DNA of 64,000 bases from Candidatus Poribacteria bacterium (lineage in GTDB: Bacteria; Poribacteria; WGA-4E; WGA-3G), in the NCBI GenBank assembly GCA_964291315.2, contig OZ219753.1:1344001-1408000 (forward strand), given 5' to 3'. Every line of letters begins with the position of its first letter. Positions within the stretch are counted from its first letter, which is position 1. This document shows, piece by piece, positions 31,035 through 39,080 of the stretch. The notes under the pieces were generated by a model, which was not told the DNA's origin, did no database searches, and saw nothing but the letters and a program-made list of their open reading frames with translations. Made by a program: the position numbers and the translations under genes.

Positions 31035-31957
31035 TTATGTATCACAGAGTGTGCTGGACATAGTTTCTCTTGTGCTGATAGGAATTTCGATCGTAACCCC
31101 TCATGTACGAGAACCCCTACTTTCTGGAACGTCGGCACAAAAACCCGCCCCAAGAATGGATTGTAATTTTGGGATTCGATCCTTCTTAAGATACCCCGGT
31201 ATATTTTAGCAGCCGAATAAATTGCATACTGGGATTCCGTATTGAGCAAGGAAATCCCTGGGAGCGCACCGGTGTAGTAAGCGTCTGCACGTTCAACTTG
31301 GAACTTGATGAGTGCTTTTAACCGAGGAGTCATTTTCTCTTGCAAGATATCTTCTTCAGAGACACCGAAGCGCACCAAATCTGCCTGCGGCAAATAGATA
31401 CGGCCCAACTCTTTGTCTTCCTTGACATCCCGCAGAATGTTCGTCAGTTGCATAGCAGTGCCAAGGCGCTTAGCATAGTCGAAGACTCGCTTGTCTTTAT
31501 AACCGAGAACGTGAGTCATCATCAGTCCAACGACGGACGCAACTCGATAGCAGAAGAGAGAGAGCTCATCAAACGTTTTGTATCGTGCCTGTTGCACATC
31601 CATAGCAACCCCTTTGAGCAGGTCAAGAGGATAGGCAATCGGAATTGCATAAGATTTAGCAACAAGTATGAAGGCGCGAATGACAGGGTGTTCAGATTCA
31701 CCCGTATTGTAGGCAATCCGTAATTCTTCCGCTAACCATCTGATCTCTCTGAGAATCTCCGCCTCCGTTCGTTGCCGTGGCGTATCAATCAAATTGTCAC
31801 AATGCCGACAGAAGCCATACAACGCGTATGTTGCCCAACGACGCTTGCTGGGCAACACCCGAGTGGAGAAGTAAAAACTTTTTGAATAATAGGCAGTTAT
31901 CCTGCGTGCATGTTCAAAAGCTGCACGATTCTCTGCTGCTGGTTTCCACAATTTCAT
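31031..31957 (-). CDS. crtB: Phytoene synthase
   Basis: SKSFYF, YGFCRHCDNLID, CYRVASVVG, QLTNILRDVKED, GRIYLP. Confidence 0.93.
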   Translation of the reverse strand: MKLWKPAAENRAAFEHARRITAYYSKSFYFSTRVLPSKRRWATYALYGFCRHCDNLIDTPRQRTEAEILREIRWLAEELRIAYNTGESEHPVIRAFILVAKSYAIPIAYPLDLLKGVAMDVQQARYKTFDELSLFCYRVASVVGLMMTHVLGYKDKRVFDYAKRLGTAMQLTNILRDVKEDKELGRIYLPQADLVRFGVSEEDILQEKMTPRLKALIKFQVERADAYYTGALPGISLLNTESQYAIYSAAKIYRGILRRIESQNYNPFLGRVFVPTFQKVGVLVHEGLRSKFLSAQEKLCPAHSVIHK

Positions 31958-31999
31958 GATACTTCCTCCTCTCCCGATTAATGGTTGAGAACACTAAAA

Positions 32000-33481
32000 T
32001 TATGCTATCAGATCCTCAACAACCAATTTCACCGTCGTTTCCGCCGTCAGCAGGACCCCGGGAACGCCAGCACCCGGATGCGTACTCGCCCCGACGAAAT
32101 AGAGGTTTTGTATATCTTCACTCCGGTTATGCGGTCGAAAATATGCTGTTTGTGTTAATTTCGGTTCAACCCCCCATGCACTGCCGAGATAGCTGTTCCG
32201 TTTTTCCTTGAAATCTGAAGGTGTGAACGTTTCGAGCACCTCAATAGCATCTCTTAAGGCTGTCAGTCCGAAGTCCTTCTCCAAAAAAGTTAATACGGAA
32301 TCCGTATATCTCTCTGTTGTCTTCTCCCAGTTAATACCGCTTGCCAAATTCGGCACAGGGATCAGTATGTACATACTCTCACACCCCTCAGGTGCCATAG
32401 ACGGGTCGGTTTGCGACGGAATATGCAAATACATTGAAAAATCGTCAGAAAGAACTTTATTGTCAAAAATGTCAGCTACCAATCCCCTATATCTCTCGGA
32501 AAGAACAAGCGTATGATGCTTCAAGTGCGGGTACCTGTTTTTCACGCCCAGATAGAGTAAGAAAGCACTCATTGAATATTGGGTTTTCTTGAGTTTTCCA
32601 TCCGACCATTTCTTTCGATGCTCCGCGTTAATAAGTCTTCCATAAGTGTGTAGCAGATCAGCATTGGAAATAACCCCGTCAGCTTCGTAAAATTGGTCTT
32701 TTACCAGCACACCTTTCGCTCTGCGATCTTCAACGACAATCTGTTCGACTTCTGCCCCAGTTTCAATAACACCACCGAGTTTCTTAAAGACCTCTTCCAA
32801 TGCAAGAACGAGATTATACATACCGCCTTTGCAAAACCAGACACCGCCGGTTTTTTCAAGATACGGAATCATTAGGTAAACTGCTGGCGCACGGAACGGA
32901 TTACCACCTATGAATAGCGGATGAAATGAGAAAATGAAACGGTGCCGCGGGTCCTTGAAATATTTTTTAACGACATCATAAGCCGGAGTCAGTGCCTGAA
33001 GACGTAACGCACGCGGTAGAAAACTGAGCAGTGTCTGCAAGTTAAACGGCGTAGAACCGAGCCCGTCCGTGATGACAGCATCGTAAAGTCGACCGGTATG
33101 CTCCATGAAACGATCATAGTTGTTAGCGTCTTTCTTGTTGAAACCTGCCATCTGCCGTTTCATCTGTTCACCATCGTCCGTATAGTCAAACGATGAACCG
33201 TCATGAAAATATATACTATAGAACGGATCCAGTTTTACTAGCTCAAGGTAATCTTCCATCTGAACCCCCGCACAAGCAAATACCCGTTGAATGAGATCAG
33301 GGGCGGTGATAATCGAAGGCCCCATGTCGAAAGTGTAACCTTCCTTAACCAGCTGATAAGCGTGTCCACCGACTTTCTCGTTCTTTTCGAGAATCGTGAC
33401 CTGCATACCTTTCGCTTGGAGTCGAATCGCTGCCGCGAGCCCGCCAAACCCTGAGCCGATGATAACGATTTTCCGTTTCAT
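32000..33481 (-). CDS. crtI: Phytoene desaturase
   Basis: GSGFGGLAAAIRL, FDMGPSIIT, GGNPF, VGASTHPGAGVPGV. Confidence 0.92.
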   Translation of the reverse strand: MKRKIVIIGSGFGGLAAAIRLQAKGMQVTILEKNEKVGGHAYQLVKEGYTFDMGPSIITAPDLIQRVFACAGVQMEDYLELVKLDPFYSIYFHDGSSFDYTDDGEQMKRQMAGFNKKDANNYDRFMEHTGRLYDAVITDGLGSTPFNLQTLLSFLPRALRLQALTPAYDVVKKYFKDPRHRFIFSFHPLFIGGNPFRAPAVYLMIPYLEKTGGVWFCKGGMYNLVLALEEVFKKLGGVIETGAEVEQIVVEDRRAKGVLVKDQFYEADGVISNADLLHTYGRLINAEHRKKWSDGKLKKTQYSMSAFLLYLGVKNRYPHLKHHTLVLSERYRGLVADIFDNKVLSDDFSMYLHIPSQTDPSMAPEGCESMYILIPVPNLASGINWEKTTERYTDSVLTFLEKDFGLTALRDAIEVLETFTPSDFKEKRNSYLGSAWGVEPKLTQTAYFRPHNRSEDIQNLYFVGASTHPGAGVPGVLLTAETTVKLVVEDLIA

Positions 33482-33622
33482 GTTTTCTAACCCCGTTCAA
33501 TCGAAACATGCGATGTTTGATACTGCCGAGTGGACATCGCTCCGCGCCCGGCCTTCTCCGCAATTCTTCCAGACACGGGGTGTTTGTTCCCTTTAACTGT
33601 GATCAAACCCGTTAGGTGCCCC

Positions 33623-35125
33623 TTAATAGGCATCTGAAATTTTTGACTCATGATTCTCCGCGATCAACATCGCTGCTATCTTTCCCGACAATAACACCAA
33701 GGGGATTCCACCGCCGGGGTGCACTGAACCGCCAGCAAAGTAGAGTCTATCGAGGGTCCGGCTTCTATTTGGTATTCGCCTGAACGCCGTGCTCTTGCTA
33801 TTTGATGATGTACCGTAGATGCTCCCCTGATTGCTGGCGTAAAGTTTGGCAAAATCTTCTGGGGTGTAGATTTGCTCCATCTCAATTCGATCTGCGATGT
33901 CAAAACCGAGTCGTTTTAGCTTATCCAAAACGACTGCACGCATCCGGACCTTTTCTTTCTCCCATAATTGCCCAGGAGCCAAGTACGGCATATTTAACAA
34001 CACGAACCAATTTTCGCTGTCAGTCGGTGCATGCCCCGCATCGGTTTTGCTGGTTATGGCAATGTAAATAGTGGGTTCATCCGGTACTTGTTGATGTTTG
34101 AAAATCTGTTCGAATTCCACTGCATAGTCGCTGGAGAAGATAATGTTATGGTGTGCTAACTTCGGCTGTTTAGCACTAACCCCCCATAAGAATACCATTC
34201 CGGACAGCGATGGCTCCAATTGATTCAATTTTTCGCGGCGCTTCTGAGGGCTGTCAATCAGTTTCTCATGTGCTACGACTGCGTCCGTGCCACATAGGAC
34301 GTAGTCCGCAGCAACCTTTTCACCATTGACTTGCACCCCGCTTACACGTTTACCATCACTGCAGATTCTTTCAACTTTTGCTGATGTATGAATCTGTACA
34401 CCTAATCTACATGCTACTGATTTTAGAGCGTCAATCAGGCGATATATACCCCCTTTGATGTAGTATCCGCCTAAACCGTATTCGATATACGGAATTATAT
34501 TCAGAGTCGCTGGTGCCTGAAATGGATCGGAACCGTTATAAGTCGCGTAGCGGTCAAAAAGTTGGATGAGTCGAGCGTCTGAGAAAAATCGAGAGACGCT
34601 TTGATGTACCGTCCGAAACGGATCAATTTGATGAAGCCTGAATAACGTCTGAAAATAGCGAGGCTTCATGAGTTTCCTGAACTCATGGATCGGTGTAAAC
34701 ATAAAGATTTCAGCTGTTAAGGTGTAGATCCGTTCTGCATATTTCAAGAACTGTTCATACGCTTTCACGTCATCAGGAGAGAGCTGCTCAATTGCCACCT
34801 CCATCTTTGCTCTGTCAGCACTTGCATCCATCACTGAACCATCTGAAAAGAAGTATCGACATATCGGGTCAATTGGCACGAAGTCGAGATAATCTCGTCT
34901 CTTAAACCCTGCGAAATCGAACAGCTCGTCGATGACAAAAGGCATCGTTACTAACGATGCTCCGGTATCGAACCGGTAGCCCGCCCCAATTACCTCATTC
35001 ACCTTTCCACCGATTTCTGGATTTTTCTCGAATAATTGGACAAGGAATCCGAGCCGTGCAAGACGAATCGCGCCGCTTAGGGCACCGAGTCCGCCGCCAA
35101 CAACCGCTATCCTCTTATTTTCCAT
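33623..35125 (-). CDS. crtD: Second CrtI-family desaturase, probable 1-hydroxycarotenoid 3,4-desaturase
   Basis: GGGLGAL FAD motif, RYATYNGSDPF, GGSVHPGGGIPL as in Bacteroidota-type CrtD. Confidence 0.72.
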   Translation of the reverse strand: MENKRIAVVGGGLGALSGAIRLARLGFLVQLFEKNPEIGGKVNEVIGAGYRFDTGASLVTMPFVIDELFDFAGFKRRDYLDFVPIDPICRYFFSDGSVMDASADRAKMEVAIEQLSPDDVKAYEQFLKYAERIYTLTAEIFMFTPIHEFRKLMKPRYFQTLFRLHQIDPFRTVHQSVSRFFSDARLIQLFDRYATYNGSDPFQAPATLNIIPYIEYGLGGYYIKGGIYRLIDALKSVACRLGVQIHTSAKVERICSDGKRVSGVQVNGEKVAADYVLCGTDAVVAHEKLIDSPQKRREKLNQLEPSLSGMVFLWGVSAKQPKLAHHNIIFSSDYAVEFEQIFKHQQVPDEPTIYIAITSKTDAGHAPTDSENWFVLLNMPYLAPGQLWEKEKVRMRAVVLDKLKRLGFDIADRIEMEQIYTPEDFAKLYASNQGSIYGTSSNSKSTAFRRIPNRSRTLDRLYFAGGSVHPGGGIPLVLLSGKIAAMLIAENHESKISDAY

Positions 35126-35786
35126 TCTTTAGTTTCTCGTAGACCATTGTGTTGAAAAGCATGAGTGTGAATCCGTATCCGAAATCCTCAATCGGGATAG
35201 TCCATATCCGGTAGCCCATCTGGTATGTTTCCCCGTACAAAACAATAGGACGGGCTGTGAGATAACCGTTGAATATCAGAATTAAACCTAAGACAATTGC
35301 CAAGTAGAGATAGGTTCTCGGTAGCAGGAGCAGATCGACACCTAATAATGTATCGAGCAATCCGAAGAGGCCGAAACAGAATATAACGAGTCCCGTATAC
35401 TGCTTACCCATGCTAAACACCCACACACCCGCTGGTAGCGCAGCGTATAAGACCGTTCTGATGTTCCGTAACGACTCTAGGCGTATCTTCTGTTCTGCAT
35501 GCGGCAGTGTTTCCCACACTAACAGAGACCCGAATGGAACCGTGATAAAGAAAAGCCACTCCTCAATCGGCAAACCTAACAGTCGGAAGTCAAGTGTATA
35601 CGCCTCGTTGAACCACCAATGGGAACCAGCGACCATAGCATCCCATATAATATATGGGATCATGACTATCCCACTTGTCAGCAATTTCAATCGCCAACGC
35701 GAAACGAGTCTAATCTGACGACTGAAGTGTGATACGATAGGCCCCACAATAACGACGAGATTAAACAGAAGGTATTCAAATTTCAT
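35115..35786 (-). CDS. Membrane-type lycopene cyclase (fused CrtYc/Yd repeats)
   Basis: Two repeats with LPIEEWLFF and IPIEDFGY motifs; highly hydrophobic. Confidence 0.82.
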   Translation of the reverse strand: MKFEYLLFNLVVIVGPIVSHFSRQIRLVSRWRLKLLTSGIVMIPYIIWDAMVAGSHWWFNEAYTLDFRLLGLPIEEWLFFITVPFGSLLVWETLPHAEQKIRLESLRNIRTVLYAALPAGVWVFSMGKQYTGLVIFCFGLFGLLDTLLGVDLLLLPRTYLYLAIVLGLILIFNGYLTARPIVLYGETYQMGYRIWTIPIEDFGYGFTLMLFNTMVYEKLKNGK

Positions 35787-36379
35787 TGTTGCGTGCCTGG
35801 ACGCTGAGATTCCAATGTGTTTTTAAGATTTTGAAGATATATTTTCTCCTTAGGCATCAATTTAACGTTTTCAAGCAGGAACGCAATGATATTTACGATG
35901 AGTTTCCGATCATAGATATCCACTTGGGACTGCATCTGTTTAATAATTTTCTTGAAATCTTGCTGAGCATCATCGCTGCGTTGGAAGAAGAACGGGAGAT
36001 GATAACACGTCATCCCATGGATGAATAGTGCTTCAATGTCGTTAGGGCTTTTCTGCAGGCCGCTGTCCATAACAGCCAAACCGCGCTTTGCCCATTTGAA
36101 CTTCGTATACGGAAAAAAAGCATGCTTGCCTTTGAGAGCAATAAGTGCTCCGATGTAGACCTGTGCCCGTCCAATGTACTTCGGTTCCATTTGTCCAATA
36201 CGCTCAAATAACGCAATTGTCGGTTTAATTTGTTTTTTCTCTTCGATCGCGCTATAGAATTGCTTGCGTGCAACCTCTAGCGTTTCTTCTACTAAATCGT
36301 CAGATGCCACACTGCTCAAGCAGAATAAGAAAGGGAGCAGTAATATCAAACTTGCAAGAAAAAATTGGTTAAGTTTCAT
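35783..36379 (-). CDS. Secreted helical (TPR-like) hypothetical protein, first gene of crt operon
   Basis: Signal-peptide-like MKLNQFFLASLILLLPFLFCLSSVAS; stop overlaps cyclase start (ATGA). Confidence 0.7.
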   Translation of the reverse strand: MKLNQFFLASLILLLPFLFCLSSVASDDLVEETLEVARKQFYSAIEEKKQIKPTIALFERIGQMEPKYIGRAQVYIGALIALKGKHAFFPYTKFKWAKRGLAVMDSGLQKSPNDIEALFIHGMTCYHLPFFFQRSDDAQQDFKKIIKQMQSQVDIYDRKLIVNIIAFLLENVKLMPKEKIYLQNLKNTLESQRPGTQQ

Positions 36380-36690
36380 TACAAAAACTGACCTGTTTGG
36401 ACTATTCCACGCCATGATCCAACGCGAGTTTGCACCAATACGTGTAGCTGCCAGAGGTTTCCTGAACATCTTGTTTCAACGTGTGTATGTTAATCCATAG
36501 CAACAATTCGCAGATGGCGTTAAAGGCTAAAATCGAAAATGTGATATGTAATTTACCTTCACATTGCTATATTTTAAATATATATTGCAATCTGCTAAGT
36601 TGCCACCTTAATAAAACAACACAATTTCAATCGATAAATTGTATAAACACCATCTTTGGCAATAAGAGTCGTCGACAAGGAGTGCCGACT

Positions 36691-38304
36691 CTATTTGAAA
36701 TCCTTGATTAGATTTTTCCGTGTTTTTTGCCCCGCTATCTTTTTTCTTGCAAGCATCATTTTTAAGGAGCAGCTCTGAAATTCTTGATTAAATATCGCAG
36801 GATTCCTGGCATCGCTGTCCGATCTCTGGAAATCTCCAATCTCAAAGGGCAACTCGGACATGTCCATAAGTCCTTTTGTACCTATCTCACTGTTATCTTG
36901 CCAAAACAGGTTCGTCGACCCTTGATCTACGCCAGTAGCCCTCTCAAACATCTTACTGTTAACCTCATTTCTGATGTCCATCATCTTCAACGATGGACGT
37001 TTTTCCCAATGTTGTGGTACAGGATATCTCTGGTTATCTTTAGACGTTTCTAAATTCATTTGGGCATCGCCTTTCCCTTGGAGTCGCTTTTCATACGCGT
37101 GAGTATGTTCCTTGGATTGTTTGTGGAGCTGTCTGCTGTCTGCTTTCCATTTTGCTGCGGATATTCGGAGAGTATGAACTGCCTCGCGGGGTTGAGCAAG
37201 CTGAGCAGCGATCGACTTTTCGTTAAACCTTTCTTCTAGCTGTTGAGGTGCCTGAACGAATAACGAGATTTTCAAAGCTTTTAGAGGGGCTAATTGTGCC
37301 GTTGCCAATAACGGCAAAAAGGTTAGGAGTAAAGTTGCCCCAATCAGACGCAAGCGCGGTTTCGGTTGTACATCTAACCGGCGATTGTTTTTCAGGATAG
37401 AATCAATGCGAGAGCCCAACCGAGACCCCTGATTTAGGGATAACACGGGCGGAATAATTCGGTTTTCATGCTGAACCAGATCTAGTAAACATTGGGCGTA
37501 GCTTTTTCTTGCACCTGTGAATTGAATCACCCAATCATCACAGATACGTTCCCGTAGATGAGTGAGTTCGCGATTAAGAAAATGATAGGCCGGATGAAAA
37601 AAGAAAATAACTCCAATGAAGTGCGAAAAGAGGTTTGTTAACCAATCGAGGCGCTGCACATGTGCTAACTCGTGAATAGCTACTAACTCAAACTGCTCCA
37701 CATTCAAATGTCCCGGAATCAAGATACAAGGCGATAACCAACCGAATGAGATCGGCGACACTACCCGATCTGATAGGTAGACTGTGACCGGGCGATCTAT
37801 GTCTAGCTGCTTCGCTAACCGGCCACAGATTGCTTGATACGACTCATCAGCCACTACCGCTCTGTGTTGCAGTTGACAAATTCGGTACAGACCAAACAGG
37901 AGATGGATTAACATAGTGAGTGCACCAATTGCCCAAAAACCCAACAGGATGTCTGTTTTATCCCAATTGGCGAAAGACGAAGCACCAGAAAGCAATTGGC
38001 TCTCCGATTGTGTGGTGCCCTCAACAGCTGAAACTTCTGTTAGATCCGTAGTTAACACAGACAAGCCGAGTATGTTTACTTGCTCTGTCTGCCCTAATTT
38101 TGAACCCGTGCCCTCTATTGAGAGCGCTGGTACAAACTGATTTAAACCGAACAAGATCGGTAAACTGAGTAAAGACAACAACCATAACAGATAAACAGTA
38201 GGGTTGGAACGGAGGAAACACTTCGCAACAAACCAAGTTACTCCACATAGGAACATCCATTGCCATGAACAGTTGAGCAACGGAAGCAGGATGTGCTTAC
38301 TCAT
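36691..38304 (-). CDS. BlaR1/MecR1-like M56 metallopeptidase with unknown C-terminal region
   Basis: TM segments, HELAH zincin motif, FFHP, RERICDD; overlaps blaI stop. Confidence 0.85.
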   Translation of the reverse strand: MSKHILLPLLNCSWQWMFLCGVTWFVAKCFLRSNPTVYLLWLLSLLSLPILFGLNQFVPALSIEGTGSKLGQTEQVNILGLSVLTTDLTEVSAVEGTTQSESQLLSGASSFANWDKTDILLGFWAIGALTMLIHLLFGLYRICQLQHRAVVADESYQAICGRLAKQLDIDRPVTVYLSDRVVSPISFGWLSPCILIPGHLNVEQFELVAIHELAHVQRLDWLTNLFSHFIGVIFFFHPAYHFLNRELTHLRERICDDWVIQFTGARKSYAQCLLDLVQHENRIIPPVLSLNQGSRLGSRIDSILKNNRRLDVQPKPRLRLIGATLLLTFLPLLATAQLAPLKALKISLFVQAPQQLEERFNEKSIAAQLAQPREAVHTLRISAAKWKADSRQLHKQSKEHTHAYEKRLQGKGDAQMNLETSKDNQRYPVPQHWEKRPSLKMMDIRNEVNSKMFERATGVDQGSTNLFWQDNSEIGTKGLMDMSELPFEIGDFQRSDSDARNPAIFNQEFQSCSLKMMLARKKIAGQKTRKNLIKDFK

Positions 38305-38683
38305 CACTTTTTTCTTCCTCAGGCTGATAGTTATTAATCAACGTTTGTAAGCGGTTGTGTTCCTCTAGGGTGGTTTGTCGCACTTCGAGCAGTGTATTGA
38401 CCAATTTTTCGGCTGAGCTGTCAAAAAGCCTTTCCAATAAATCGCTAAGCATCGAACGCTTAATCTCAACCTCTTTGACTAAGGGCTGATAAACGAAAGT
38501 TCTACCGTCAACTTGATGCGACAAAAAACCTTTCTTTTCAAGATTTTTCATCGTCGTAGCGATGGTAGTATAGGCAAGTTTCCGATCAATATTATCAAGG
38601 ACATCGTTGACCGTAGCATGCTTCAATTTCCATACTACTTTCATCACTTCAAGTTCTAGATGATGCAATCTCTTCGTCTTCAT
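38297..38683 (-). CDS. BlaI/MecI/CopY family transcriptional repressor
   Basis: LELEVMKVVW, LAYTTIATTMKNLEKKG, GRTFVY, LLERLFDSS. Confidence 0.92.
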   Translation of the reverse strand: MKTKRLHHLELEVMKVVWKLKHATVNDVLDNIDRKLAYTTIATTMKNLEKKGFLSHQVDGRTFVYQPLVKEVEIKRSMLSDLLERLFDSSAEKLVNTLLEVRQTTLEEHNRLQTLINNYQPEEEKSDE

Positions 38684-38745
38684 TTGATTTCGTCCTTATA
38701 GAAAAAAACACCCGCGATCCAGAGCATTAGGGGATATGTTTCAAA

Positions 38746-38816
38746 TTACGACCTAGTAAATACTAATATTGAATACTTAACAATAACATTATAGACTAGG
38801 AGAATACATTTTTCAA
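38746..38816 (-). promoter_or_regulatory. Sigma70 promoter and putative BlaI operator
   Basis: Minus strand TTGAAA-17 nt-TATAAT (38816-38788); TTAC-N6-GTAA inverted repeat at 38746-38759. Confidence 0.6.
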
Positions 38817-39080
38817 ATTAATTTTGAAAATTATAATTTTAATTCTCCTGCCTGCCCAAGCTTGAACCTTGTAATTAGCGGGCTGCCTTTACTGATTTGT
38901 ACTTGTTATATCATACAGAATTCATAAGCGAGAAAAGCGTAACAGCGAGAGACACTCCTCCTGAGGGTTCTCACATCTACTTTCGCCGGATTGCTTGTCG
39001 TAAGGATTTCGTCCGTCCCAACGTTGTGAGCGAGATTGGCACATTTTGCGTGATCTCCATGTGCATACGAAATTGTGTTG

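Noticed and set aside
33490-33622. Cobalamin riboswitch in the crtD-crtI gap (minus strand TTAAAGGGAA, GGAAG)
   Set aside because: Lacks the GGTG..AATCC, CCCCCGCAACTGT and B12-box elements
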